Shown here: positions 20,869 through 30,485 of the stretch, one piece after another
How the letters are laid out: every line of letters starts with the position of its first letter
Position numbering within the stretch: the stretch's first letter is position 1
Origin: an uncultured Actinomycetota bacterium
GTDB lineage: Bacteria > Actinomycetota > Actinomycetes > JAHEKZ01
Direction: 5' to 3'
DNA length: 64,000 bases
NCBI GenBank assembly: GCA_963718235.1
Contig: CAVQYR010000001.1
Location: 1,056,001-1,120,000 of the forward strand
Translations under genes and position numbers: made by a program
Notes under the pieces: generated by a model
The model's database searches: none
What the model was told of the DNA's origin: nothing
The model's input: the letters and a program-made list of their open reading frames with translations, nothing else

Positions 20869-21141
20869 TCAGGCAGCCACTTGCGGCGGTGACTGTTGTC
20901 GGTCGATCGCTCGCTGCCAGGTGTGGCGTGCCCAGGCGTTCTGGGCGAGTGCCGCCATCAGGACGATGACGGTCTGGTTGTGGAGTCCCCAGGCGGGGAG
21001 TCGGCGGTTGTAGAAGGCGCGCTCGAACTGCGCGTTGAGCGATTCGGTGTCTGCGCGCATGCCGTAGACGCGGCTGTAGTCGGGGTCGGTCGGGGGCAGG
21101 ACGCGCAGGTAGTCGCTGCGGTTGAACTTGTGCGCCTCATC
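20869..21141 (-). pseudogene. C-terminal remnant of the element transposase (copy 1)
   Basis: FNRSDYLRVLPPTDPDYSRVYGMRADTESLNAQFERAF...VAA*; Y-2-R-3-E spacing like the IS4-superfamily YREK motif. Confidence 0.7.
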
Positions 21142-21174
21142 GGCAGGCGATCTCCTTCCGCAACGATGCACCTA

Positions 21175-21194
21175 GAGTGCACTATACTGCACTC
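21175..21194 (+). promoter_or_regulatory. Palindromic operator overlapping a -10 box of a probably leaderless XRE gene
   Basis: GAGTGCA-CTATAC-TGCACTC; TATACT at 21183-21188, ATG at 21195. Confidence 0.6.
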
Positions 21195-21800
21195 ATGGAG
21201 CAGCATGCGGCGGAGCTAGCGCTGGCCATCGGTCTGCAGGTCAAACAGGAGCGACAGTCCCGGCGCTGGACCCTTGATCAGCTGGCGCAGGTCGCCGGGG
21301 TGAGCCGACGTGCACTGGTCAACGTCGAACGGGGGGCGGCGAATCCGAGCGTGGGGACGTTGCTTCGGCTCAGCGACGCGCTCGGTATCGGCTTGCCTGC
21401 CCTGGTCGAGCCACCGGCGGTGCGGTCGGTGAAGGTTACTCGTCGCGGGAAAGGTGCCGAGCTGTGGACGTCGAAGGCTGGTGGTCGCGGTGTCCTGGTG
21501 GCTGGCACGCAGCCGCCAGACGTTGTGAAGCTATGGGACTGGACTCTCGGTCCAGCCGACCGTTACACGAGCGACGGGCATACTCCGGGCACGCAGGAAC
21601 TAGTGCAAGTCCAGCAAGGCACCGTCAACATCGAGACCGGGGACCAGGTGGTGACGCTCAAAGTCGGTGATGCGGTCGCGTTCCCTGGCGATGTTGCGCA
21701 CGCCTACGCCAACCCGCACAACAGGTCGGCTCCCTTCACGTTGAGCGCCTTCGAACCCGGCGTCGGTGTGGGTGTCCGGACGGAGGCATCCGATGCGTGA
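21195..21800 (+). CDS. XRE-family HTH regulator with cupin domain
   Basis: WTLDQLAQVAGVSRRALVNVERGAANPSVGTL; C-terminal cupin GDAVAFPGDVAHAY. Confidence 0.9.
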   Translation: MEQHAAELALAIGLQVKQERQSRRWTLDQLAQVAGVSRRALVNVERGAANPSVGTLLRLSDALGIGLPALVEPPAVRSVKVTRRGKGAELWTSKAGGRGVLVAGTQPPDVVKLWDWTLGPADRYTSDGHTPGTQELVQVQQGTVNIETGDQVVTLKVGDAVAFPGDVAHAYANPHNRSAPFTLSAFEPGVGVGVRTEASDA

Positions 21801-22531
21801 CGTTCACGATCTCGAGCAGTTCCTCGCCGGAGCCGGCGTGGCTCGGGAGGTCTATGACTTTGCGACCCGACTACCGCGTCATGCTTGTTGCCGTCGATGG
21901 ACTTGTCCCAGAGGGGAGTGACGAGGCAAGCGACACACCGTTAGTGGTCGCCGAGGCAGCTGCGCGTGTGGCGCTGGCGGATTGCCCCGTGGAAGAGCTA
22001 CCGCACGTTGCCGCGTGGCGGGACGCGTACCGGGCGTTCGGCGCCAAGCCGCAACGGACGCGGAACAGCCTCGAGGCCCTCATGCGCCGCGTTGAGGATG
22101 GTCTGCCCCGCGTGAACCGACTGACCGATCTCTACAACGCGGTTTCGGTGCTGCACCAGGTCCCACTCGGTGGCGAGGACCTGGCTCGCTACGTCGGACC
22201 ACCGCGGCTGGTCCGCGCCACCGGCCATGAGCCGTTCGACACCGTGACCGATGGTGGCACCGTCACCGAGCACCCCGAGGTAGGGGAGGTCATCTGGTGT
22301 GACGACAACGGCGTCACATGTCGGCGCTGGAACTGGCGCCAGGCACGACGGACAGCGCTGCGCGAGGACACCACGTCAGCGTTGTTCATCCTCGATGCCC
22401 TCGCCCCGCTCACCGACGCTCAGTTGCTTGCGGCCGCCGACGACCTGATCGCGCAACTGGCCCACCTCGGGCCAGAAGTCGCAGCCGCCTGCCGTCTCAT
22501 CACCCTCGACAACCCTGCCGAAGGACGCTGA
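21797..22531 (+). CDS. B3/B4 domain protein (PheRS beta editing-domain-like)
   Basis: AWRDAYRAFG.KP.R..NSLEAL.RR, LPRVNRLTDLYN, GEVIWCD..GVTCRRWNWRQ. Confidence 0.85.
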   Translation: MTFTISSSSSPEPAWLGRSMTLRPDYRVMLVAVDGLVPEGSDEASDTPLVVAEAAARVALADCPVEELPHVAAWRDAYRAFGAKPQRTRNSLEALMRRVEDGLPRVNRLTDLYNAVSVLHQVPLGGEDLARYVGPPRLVRATGHEPFDTVTDGGTVTEHPEVGEVIWCDDNGVTCRRWNWRQARRTALREDTTSALFILDALAPLTDAQLLAAADDLIAQLAHLGPEVAAACRLITLDNPAEGR

Positions 22532-22533
22532 CA

Positions 22534-23180
22534 TTGCTCATCCACCCGTGGGACTCCGCCCTCGACCAAGGCGAGTGGCAGACGTGGCTTGCGGCCACCG
22601 ACCGGTTCGGCGTGCTCGCGGTCAACAACCTCGACCCGGCACAAGCGCCGGTGCTGGTACCCACTCACTTCACCCTCGACGGTGAGGAAGTGCTGGTTCA
22701 CCTGGCCCGACTCAATCCGGTCTGGCCACACCTTGAGGCCGCCGCAGAGGTGCGCATTGCGGTGATCGGCGACTACGCCTACATCCCGTCGTACTGGCGA
22801 GCCAAGGCCGGCGGTCCGGACGAGCACGGCGTCCTGACCAGCTACTACGCATCCGTGCAGTTGGTCTGTCGCCCGAGCATCATCGACGACCCGCAGGGCA
22901 AGGCCGACTTCCTCACCGCGCAGTTGGCCGACTTCCAGCCCGAAGGCGGCCACGCGGAGATGGCAGCTGACGCACCTCCGTATGGGCGAATGCTGCCGGG
23001 CATCCGCGGCCTACGGCTCGCGGTGGTCCGGGTGGATGCCAAGTTAAGTACGACGACCAGAAGCCGCCCGAACACCGCGAACGCGTCATCGAGCTGCTTG
23101 AGCAGCGAGACCACGCCCTCGACAGTGTCACTGCCGCCCAGCAACGCCGCCGGTTGGCCACGCTCGAGACAGGAGCACCC
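22534..23180 (+). CDS. FMN-binding negative transcriptional regulator (PaiB-like); frameshift near 23046
   Basis: VHLARLNPVW, AYIPSYW, TSYYASV; AK(F)KYDDQKPPEHRERV continues in another frame. Confidence 0.75.
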
Positions 23181-23181
23181 A

Positions 23182-23487
23182 ATGATCTGCGCGCAGTTCA
23201 TCTTCAAACCAGGTACCTACGACGACGACTTCCACCGACTCGACGCCCAGATCGATCAGTACGCCCGCGGCCTTCCAGGCTTCGAAAGGGTCGAGACCTG
23301 GCAGTCGCCGGAGGGAGACATCGTCAATGCCGTGTACTACTTCACCGACAAGAAGTCACTGGCGCAGCTGAGCCGGTTCCCACAGCATCGCGAGGCCCAA
23401 GGCCAGGTTCGCCGGTGGTACGACGGCTATCGGATTATCGTCAGCGAGATCACTGCAACGTACGGAGATGGTCGACTTCAGGGCTGA
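23182..23487 (+). CDS. Antibiotic biosynthesis monooxygenase (ABM)-like protein
   Basis: AGGAG RBS; LPGF..VETWQS, HREAQ..RRWYDGYRIIVSEI. Confidence 0.75.
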   Translation: MICAQFIFKPGTYDDDFHRLDAQIDQYARGLPGFERVETWQSPEGDIVNAVYYFTDKKSLAQLSRFPQHREAQGQVRRWYDGYRIIVSEITATYGDGRLQG

Positions 23488-23616
23488 GAGGAGTGTCGAT
23501 CTAGCACGAGGACGTGCGCCGGCAATTGGGAACTGACCGCAACCTGCCGCTGTGCTACACGTCGGGCTGCCGCGGCGCGGTCTGATCTGGTCGTAAATGG
23601 TCAGAACTGCTCGGGT

Positions 23617-23709
23617 CTGCTTCCGCTTCCTGCCGGATCTACTTCCACAGGGCACTCGCACCCTCCAAACTAGGCAGGGCAACGCGAAAGCGGGGTTTCA
23701 CGCACGTCC
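23617..23709 (-). repeat. Element left end, copy 1 (homologous to 40053-40148)
   Basis: Shared blocks CTGCTTCCG, CTTCCAC, GCACTCG-ACCCT, GCAGG-CA, GTTTCACGCACGTCC. Confidence 0.8.
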
Positions 23710-23918
23710 TACGGGGGCGGGGGGAGGTGCGGAATTCTTTGTGGGAAACCTGTTGGACCCTGCCGCGATCGGTTGGGATCGGGGCGGATCGAGTCTAAGG
23801 GGATGCGTCTGGCGCTCGTTCGGCCCCGATCACGGCGTCAAGGAGGGATTTCGTGGCTCTGAGTGGGCTACCGGGCACGGCTGAGCCAGGCGCGGTATTG
23901 CTGGGGATCGCGGTGGAG

Positions 23919-24055
23919 TCAGGCAGCCACCGAGGGCGGTAACTGTTGTCGGTCGATCGCGCGTTCCCAGGTGTGGCAGGCCCAGGCGTTCTGGGCGAGT
24001 GCGGCCATCATCACGATGACGGTCTGGTTGTGGAGGCCCCGGGCCGGGGACCGCC
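23919..24055 (-). pseudogene. C-terminal remnant of the element transposase (copy 2)
   Basis: GLHNQTVIVMMAALAQNAWACHTWERAIDRQQLPPSVAA*. Confidence 0.7.
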
Positions 24056-24105
24056 GGGTCAGGCGCAGATGTTGCCGCGCCGGTTCAGCAGAGTGAGGGC
24101 CGATC

Positions 24106-25584
24106 TCAAGCGCTGAGTTCGCGTCGCCGGCGCTCCACGAACTCCTCGAGGGCAAGTCGGGCACCGCCGTCCACGGCGGGCTCCTCGTAGCGGTCCAGTG
24201 CTTCGCGCCACAAGACATCGGCTCGTGCGGCTGCATCGTGCGCTCCGTCACGGGTCCATCTGTCGAAGCTCTTGGTGGTCGCCAGCGCCGGGCGATAGAA
24301 GCAGTCGCGGAAGCGAGCCATCGTGTGCTCTGTTCCGAGGAAGTGGCCGCCATGCCCGACCTCGAGATGTGACTCGAAAGTCAGGCTCGCTTCGTCGACA
24401 GCGATTGGCGTGAACTCCACCCGTAGCCGTTGCAGGAGCTCGATGTCGACGACGAATTTCTCAAAGCTCGCGACAAGTCCGCTCTCCAGCCAACCGGCGG
24501 CGTGAAGCATGACGTTCGCTCCTGAGGCGAACGCAGCGTGATGCATGGTCAGTGCCTCATAGGCAGCCTGCGCGTCCGGAAGTGGGCTCGAGGTAAGGCC
24601 CCCGCCGCCAGCGCGCCACGGCAGGCCGAACCGGCGAGCAAGTTGTCCTGAGCAGAGCAGGCCGATGGCTGACTCAGGGCCGCCGAAGCCGGGAGAACCG
24701 GACTGCATGTCGGTGTGCGAGAGGAACGAGCCCAGCACGACCGGCGCCCCGGAGCGTACAAGCTGCGTGAGCACTGCCCCAGCCAACGCCTCCGCCGTCT
24801 GTTGCACAAGAGAGGCCGCGATGCTGACCGGGCTCATCGCCCCCATGAGGAGGAAGGGCGTGACGAGTACCGCTTGGTTACGCTCGGCGTAGACCTCGAG
24901 TAGATCGACCATGGGAGCGTCGAAGGTAAGCGGGGAGTTCACATTCGCAACGCCGTAAGTCACTGGACCCTGTCGAAGCAGATCCTCTCCGCCGAACGCG
25001 ATGGCTGCCATGTCGAGTCCGTCGGTCGCCTTCTCCCCGCTGAACACTGCACCCAGATGCGGCTTGTCGGACAGAGTCAGGGCGGCAAGCTGCAAATCGA
25101 GGTGTCTGGTCTCGACGGCGAGATCGGAGGGCTCGCAGGGAAGGCCCCCCTGCGAGTCAAGCTCGTCGAACACGTGCGCGAGTTTCAGGAAGCGTTCAGC
25201 ATCGGCCATGGTCGCGTCACGGCGCACGCCATCTTCGCGAACGAATGGTGGACCCGCGATGTTGGAGAACGTCATGAAGTTGTCGCCAACGGTCACGCTT
25301 CTGGCCGGGTTGCGCGCCCTGAGTGTGAAGCTGCTTGGCGCTTGGGCGATGGTCTCGAGCACGAAATCGGGATCGAAGCGGACGACTCCCTCGTCATCGA
25401 CGGACTGCCCGGCCTCGCGGAACCGACGCTGTGCCCCGGCATGGTCGAACCGGACGCCGACCTCGCTCATCAGGCGCCGCCAGCCCTGCTCAAGAGTGGC
25501 CATGGCCTCGCCCGACAATGGCTCGACGGGAGGGGTCCGGTTCTCGAACTGGGTGGCGTTTGTCGAGGATGATTCTGGTGGCAT
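24106..25584 (-). CDS. MttB-superfamily (trimethylamine methyltransferase-like) protein, pyrrolysine-free
   Basis: APSSFTLRARNP, NVNSPL, GAMSPVS, DMQSGSPGFG.PE, PDAQAAYE, HAAGWLE, GGHFLG..HT; no in-frame amber. Confidence 0.9.
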   Translation of the reverse strand: MPPESSSTNATQFENRTPPVEPLSGEAMATLEQGWRRLMSEVGVRFDHAGAQRRFREAGQSVDDEGVVRFDPDFVLETIAQAPSSFTLRARNPARSVTVGDNFMTFSNIAGPPFVREDGVRRDATMADAERFLKLAHVFDELDSQGGLPCEPSDLAVETRHLDLQLAALTLSDKPHLGAVFSGEKATDGLDMAAIAFGGEDLLRQGPVTYGVANVNSPLTFDAPMVDLLEVYAERNQAVLVTPFLLMGAMSPVSIAASLVQQTAEALAGAVLTQLVRSGAPVVLGSFLSHTDMQSGSPGFGGPESAIGLLCSGQLARRFGLPWRAGGGGLTSSPLPDAQAAYEALTMHHAAFASGANVMLHAAGWLESGLVASFEKFVVDIELLQRLRVEFTPIAVDEASLTFESHLEVGHGGHFLGTEHTMARFRDCFYRPALATTKSFDRWTRDGAHDAAARADVLWREALDRYEEPAVDGGARLALEEFVERRRRELSA

Positions 25585-26399
25585 CACAGACCCGCTAGGA
25601 CTGCTTTGATCTCTGCATTCACTCGGTCGGGTGCGTGGCCATAGAGCGAACAGTGACCGAGTCCCTCGAAGTGGTGGTACGTGCCGTTCTGGGCGAGATC
25701 GGCCACGCGCTTGCAGCCACTGGCAGGCGCTTGCACGTCTTCGGCGAACCCGAACACGTGCATTGGTACCGAACAGCGGGGGAGGCCCTCGGTCTGGTCG
25801 AACGTGCAGCAGGCATCCCACTGGCCGATCAGCGAGTGCTCGTTGTCACCGGTTTCGAGCCACTCCAGCATTGAGCCCCGCAGTTGGGGGTAGAGCTCGG
25901 GGTCACCCAGAACTGCGGATGGGTACAGCGCTGCGAGGTAGTGGCTGACGGCCATCATGCCGGTGAGCTCGCCACCGGCCTTGCGGAACTCGATCTCGGC
26001 TGTCATGTAGTCCAGGATCCAGCCATCGGCCTTCGGAGCTGTGCCCATGGGGATGGCACAGCGGACGAGTTCTGGGAAGTCGATCGCGACCTGTTGGGTG
26101 ATGAGCGCGCCCATCGAGAGCCCGATGACGACGACCGGAGGCTCGCACACAGTGCGAATCAGTTCCGCGGTGTCCTTCGCCATGTCGGCAATAGTCCACG
26201 GCAACGGTGCCTCGCAGATGGTCGCGCCCACCCCACGGTTGTCGAAGACGGTGCTTCGGTACTCGGGGAACGCGGGTACCTGGTCTTGGAGCCACGATGA
26301 GTGCGAATCGCCACCGCCAGAGACCCAGACGATGTCTGGTCCAATCCCGTGTTGCTCGTACGCAATACAGTGCTGGTTGCCAAGATCAAGGGTTTCCAC
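25584..26399 (-). CDS. Alpha/beta fold hydrolase
   Basis: FDNRGVG, GLSMG nucleophile elbow, C-terminal GLGH. Confidence 0.88.
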   Translation of the reverse strand: METLDLGNQHCIAYEQHGIGPDIVWVSGGGDSHSSWLQDQVPAFPEYRSTVFDNRGVGATICEAPLPWTIADMAKDTAELIRTVCEPPVVVIGLSMGALITQQVAIDFPELVRCAIPMGTAPKADGWILDYMTAEIEFRKAGGELTGMMAVSHYLAALYPSAVLGDPELYPQLRGSMLEWLETGDNEHSLIGQWDACCTFDQTEGLPRCSVPMHVFGFAEDVQAPASGCKRVADLAQNGTYHHFEGLGHCSLYGHAPDRVNAEIKAVLAGL

Positions 26400-26449
26400 G
26401 ACTGCACTCCCTTCGTCCGTTGGTGTTGGGTCACTTTCGGGTCAACGCG

Positions 26450-28903
26450 TCAGGCTCGCTGGGCAAGTCCTTCGGGGTCGTACGGAGAATCGGCGATCAC
26501 CGTCGCGGGGCGGCGCTCGCCCACGACGTGCACTTCGAGTGAGCTGCAGAGTTCAGTATGGGTACGGTCGACGTAGCCAAGGGCGAGACTCTTGCCTGTG
26601 GTGTGCCCGAAGGCGCCCGAGGTCACAAAGCCAACTCTGCGCTCGCCGTCCCAGACGGGTTCAAACGGGCTTGCATCAGCATCAGAGGTCTCGACGGCAA
26701 GCGTGACGAGTCGCTTCTTGGTACCGGAATCGCGTTCCCGAAGGAGCGCATCCCTGCCGATGAAGCTCGGCTTGGTGAAGTCAACGAATCGATCTAGCCC
26801 GCTCATCCCCGGGGTGTAGCTCCAGGCGAACTCGCGCGACCAAATCCCGTATGACTTCTCGACGCGAAGTGCGTTCGCTGCGTTGAACCCAATGTTCGCG
26901 CAATTTACGCCTTGCTCGCGCAGTCTGGCGGCCGCCTCCCCGATGGTGCGGTGCAGGCCCGGCAACTCGGTAGCGGGCACGTTCAGTTCGTAGCCAAGCT
27001 CTCCGGTGATCGACAGTCGGGCAATTCTGACTCGATGGAGCCCTACGTCGAGAGTCGATGCTCTCATCCGACCGAGCGCTCCGTTGGAGACGTCGTCCTT
27101 CGTCGTGTGGTCCAGAAGATCTCGGGAAGCCGGCCCTGACAACGAAAGGCCAGCGACCGCGTCGGAGATGTCGCGGACGGCGACGCCTCCTGAAGTTGGC
27201 AGTTGCGACTCGAACCAGCGCATGTGCCACGCACGCAGGTAGTAGGAGCCCATGATCCAGAAATCGTCCTCGGCCCAGCACGTGACGGTGAGGTCACCGA
27301 GGAGTCGCCCAGAGTGGCTGACCATTGGGGCGAGCCGCACCGCGCCAGGGGTCGGTATGGCTGACGCCATCAGCTGCTCGAGCCAAGCCCGGGCTCCGGT
27401 ACCGCGTACCTCGTAGCGCGAGAACGCGGTGGTGTCGAGGATTCCGACACCCTCACGGGTGGCGCGTGCCTCCACCCCGACGATGTCGAAGGCGTTGCTG
27501 CGGCGGAGGGTGGGCTCTTCGACGAAGCCAGGGTCGTCCGGCACGAAGTACAGCGGCACTTCAAGGCCCCAGCTGGCTCCCCATTGAGCGCCGGCTTCGT
27601 CCAGAGCGCCGTGTAGGGCTGACATCTTCAAGGGCCGACCGGCCGGCAGCTGCTCGTTGGGGTAGGTCATCACGAAGCGACGCTTGTAGAACTGCGCTGT
27701 CGTCGCTTCGAGGTACCCGGTGCTGCTCGCGAAGTCACCGAAGCGGGCGACATCCATACCGAACACATCACCCGAGGGCTCGCCGTCGACCATCCATTCT
27801 GCAAGCGATAGGCCGACCCCGCCGCCTTGGCTGAAGCCGGCCATAACACCGCACGCAACCCAGAAGCCTGGAGCACCGCGGACGGGGCCGACGAGCGGGT
27901 TTCCGTCGGGGGTGAAGGTGAAAGCGCCGTTGACCCACTTGCGGATACCTACGCCCTCCATGCACGGGTAACGCTGGAGCCCGATGGCGAGCTCGGGTGA
28001 GATGCGCTCCACATCTTCAGGCAGCAGCTCGACGCCGAAGTCCCACGGTGCGCCTTCCACCATCCAGTGGCGAGGGTCGAGCTCGTAGACACCGAGCAGC
28101 AAGCCCTCACCTTCCTGGCGTGCATAGGTGAACCCTTCGAGGTCGACCGTGAGCGGCATTGTCTTGGCAAGGGCAGCGACCTCAGGGATGGCTTCGGTTA
28201 CCAGGTAGTGGTGCTCCATCGGCGTCACCGGAAGGTCGACACCGGCCATTCGACCGACCTTGCGGGCCCAGAGCCCGCCAGCGTTCACGACGTGATCGGC
28301 TGTGATCGTGCCGTGCTCGGTAACGACCTCCCACGTGCCGGAAGGGCGTGGCCTCAGTTCCACAACACGGTTGTGCAGCGAGATCTCCGCTCCACGGTTG
28401 CGCGCTGAGGCCGCGTAGGCGTAGGTGACCCCCGAGCAGTCGAGGTGACCTTCGTTGTCGTCGTACAAACCGCCGTAGATTCCGGTTACGTCGACCAGCG
28501 GGTTCATCGCGTGGATCTCGTCCGGTGAAAGGAGACGAACCGTCTCGATCCCGACCGTCTGAAACACGGCCCACTGCGACTTGAGCCACTCCCATCGCTC
28601 GGGAGTGCCGGCCAAGTTGATGCCGCCAGTCATGTGCAGGCCGCACGACTGACCCGACTCTCCCTCAAGCTCCTGGTAGAGGCCGATTGTGTATGCCTGA
28701 AGTGCAGCCACGTTTGGGTCGCCGTTGAGCGCGTGGAACCCACCTGCTGCGTGCCAGGTGGACCCTGCGGTGAGTTCTGACCTTTCGACAAGCAGGACGT
28801 CGGTCCAGCCGAGTTTGGCGAGGTGGTAGAGCACGCTGACCCCGACAACCCCGCCGCCGATGACGACTGCGCGGTAGTGGTTGCTCTTCATCGTCGTGTG
28901 CAC
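26450..28903 (-). CDS. Dimethylglycine/sarcosine dehydrogenase-like FAD oxidoreductase with GcvT domain
   Basis: IGGGVVG, GSTWHAAG, FTPDGNPLVG, ITGELGYEL, LRVEKSY. Confidence 0.9.
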   Translation of the reverse strand: MHTTMKSNHYRAVVIGGGVVGVSVLYHLAKLGWTDVLLVERSELTAGSTWHAAGGFHALNGDPNVAALQAYTIGLYQELEGESGQSCGLHMTGGINLAGTPERWEWLKSQWAVFQTVGIETVRLLSPDEIHAMNPLVDVTGIYGGLYDDNEGHLDCSGVTYAYAASARNRGAEISLHNRVVELRPRPSGTWEVVTEHGTITADHVVNAGGLWARKVGRMAGVDLPVTPMEHHYLVTEAIPEVAALAKTMPLTVDLEGFTYARQEGEGLLLGVYELDPRHWMVEGAPWDFGVELLPEDVERISPELAIGLQRYPCMEGVGIRKWVNGAFTFTPDGNPLVGPVRGAPGFWVACGVMAGFSQGGGVGLSLAEWMVDGEPSGDVFGMDVARFGDFASSTGYLEATTAQFYKRRFVMTYPNEQLPAGRPLKMSALHGALDEAGAQWGASWGLEVPLYFVPDDPGFVEEPTLRRSNAFDIVGVEARATREGVGILDTTAFSRYEVRGTGARAWLEQLMASAIPTPGAVRLAPMVSHSGRLLGDLTVTCWAEDDFWIMGSYYLRAWHMRWFESQLPTSGGVAVRDISDAVAGLSLSGPASRDLLDHTTKDDVSNGALGRMRASTLDVGLHRVRIARLSITGELGYELNVPATELPGLHRTIGEAAARLREQGVNCANIGFNAANALRVEKSYGIWSREFAWSYTPGMSGLDRFVDFTKPSFIGRDALLRERDSGTKKRLVTLAVETSDADASPFEPVWDGERRVGFVTSGAFGHTTGKSLALGYVDRTHTELCSSLEVHVVGERRPATVIADSPYDPEGLAQRA

Positions 28904-28930
28904 CTCGTCGGTTTGCTTTACGGGATGTGT

Positions 28931-30469
28931 CTACTCAGGCGCCAGATCCAGAGTGGCGATTTCGTCGAGTGTGGGGGAGTGGCCATCGAACGCCACTGAG
29001 TCCCAGGCCATTCGCTCCTCTGCAAGGGGATCATCCTCGAGGTGACTCTCGAGGTCGAGGATCATCGTGGTGCGACCGGGAAGGGTATAGGCCGGCCAAG
29101 GTGGAAGCTTCTGGTTGTTTGGGTTACCGGTCCGCGCGAACTCGGCCCAGGTGTGCTGAACCACATCGCCCAGAGCGTGTCTGTCGGGATCGGCGCCCAC
29201 CCGTCGGATCGCGTAGGGGGTTTCAAGCGTGCCGAAGATGAAGGGGATCTCGGTCATGTGCGCGGCCTTGTATCCGTCGGCCGTCGAGCGATAGGACCAG
29301 AGGTACACGTAGGTCGGCGCAGTCTTCATCATGTGCTCGGCGAGACGCAGTTCAGGCATTCGCAGAACAACGTCACCGAGCAGTCGGATCAACGAGTCTT
29401 CGTACTCAACTCCAGAGCGCCCTTGGAAGTAGGCCCGTTCGATCCCCTCCCATTCCTCGTCGTTGAACAGGCCGCGCCAACACTCGCGGAGGGAGTTGGG
29501 TTTGACCTCCGCCAGACGCATCTCCCACATCGCTGAGAACAAGCGCAACTCGTCGAGGTTTGAGCCAATCATCAAGGGGACATGCGCCTGCTCACCCAGG
29601 GTAAACGTCTCCAACGTGGTCTGCGCCAAGGTGACGCCGTCAACGACAGGCACGAAGACGAAGTCGGCCGCGCCCTCCTCGAGGAGTCGGTCCTGTGCTT
29701 CGAGTAGTGCCTCCATGGACATCGCTCGTAGCTCCTCCACCGCCCCGACCCCGGCTAGCTCCATGAACTTGCCGGCCACGTCGGCCGCCCGCTCGGGCTG
29801 CGCGCACAGGGTGGGACAACCACTCTGGTGGATTGCCCGGTGGAACAGTCCCCGAGCCTGCGGCATGCACATGAGCGTGGACACCGAGTCTGCACCACTT
29901 GAGTTCCCGAAGATCGTCACGTTGTCAGGATCGCCACCGAAGGCGGCGATGTTGTCGCGAACCCACTCCAAGGCCGCTACTTGATCGAGGAAGCCATGGT
30001 TGCCGCTCTGCTCATAACCGGGACCAGCTATGTCAGCGAGATGAAGGAAGCCGAAGACGCCGAGGCGGTACTGAACGGTAACGACAACGACATCTTCACG
30101 GGCGGCGAGAGAAGTACCGTCGATGTCGGAGTCGCGGGCTCCCCAGACGTAGAGGGATCCGCCGTGCAGCCACACCATCACCGGTCGGCGACCGTCATCG
30201 GTCGCTGGAGTCCAGACGTTGATTGTCAGCGAATCCTCGGAGATGAACTCTTCATTGCCGGTGTTCGCGCCGTCGGGCGGCTGGGGGCACTGGGGGCCAA
30301 ACTCGCGGCAGTCGCGAACACCCTTCCATGGCTCGGGAGGTTCGGGGGGGCGAAATCGCAGCCCTCCCACTGGCGGCCGAGCGTACGGGATGTTTCGGAA
30401 CGCGAGGGCCGCACCTTCTTCGACACCGCGGATGACTCCTGCCTGGGTGTTCGCCTGTACAACGGTCAT
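28931..30469 (-). CDS. Type B carboxylesterase/lipase
   Basis: IPYARPPVG.LRF, VWLHGG, YRLG, FGGDPDNVTIFGNSSG, HQSG. Confidence 0.9.
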   Translation of the reverse strand: MTVVQANTQAGVIRGVEEGAALAFRNIPYARPPVGGLRFRPPEPPEPWKGVRDCREFGPQCPQPPDGANTGNEEFISEDSLTINVWTPATDDGRRPVMVWLHGGSLYVWGARDSDIDGTSLAAREDVVVVTVQYRLGVFGFLHLADIAGPGYEQSGNHGFLDQVAALEWVRDNIAAFGGDPDNVTIFGNSSGADSVSTLMCMPQARGLFHRAIHQSGCPTLCAQPERAADVAGKFMELAGVGAVEELRAMSMEALLEAQDRLLEEGAADFVFVPVVDGVTLAQTTLETFTLGEQAHVPLMIGSNLDELRLFSAMWEMRLAEVKPNSLRECWRGLFNDEEWEGIERAYFQGRSGVEYEDSLIRLLGDVVLRMPELRLAEHMMKTAPTYVYLWSYRSTADGYKAAHMTEIPFIFGTLETPYAIRRVGADPDRHALGDVVQHTWAEFARTGNPNNQKLPPWPAYTLPGRTTMILDLESHLEDDPLAEERMAWDSVAFDGHSPTLDEIATLDLAPE

Positions 30470-30485
30470 CGGTTGAACCTCGCAG

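Larger units (their letters stand above)
20674..23709 (-). mobile_element. Unit A: non-autonomous cargo-carrying DDE element inserted at the 5' end of tRNA-Arg
   Basis: Ends GGACGTGCGGAATTCC (20674) and GTTTCACGCACGTCC (ends 23709); flanked by direct repeat TACGGGGGCG (20664-20673 and 23710-23719). Confidence 0.8.

Noticed and set aside
22318-23487. PaiB-ABM fusion ORF
   Set aside because: Produced by a frameshift near 23046; the ABM gene has its own RBS and ATG.
23509-23710. AGGACGTGCG (23509) and CGCACGTCCT (23701) as a 200-bp MITE
   Set aside because: No flanking duplication on the left and no continuation of right-end homology; may be chance or an internal binding site.
24106-25584. Pyrrolysine recoding in MttB
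   Set aside because: No in-frame TAG and no pyl genes.
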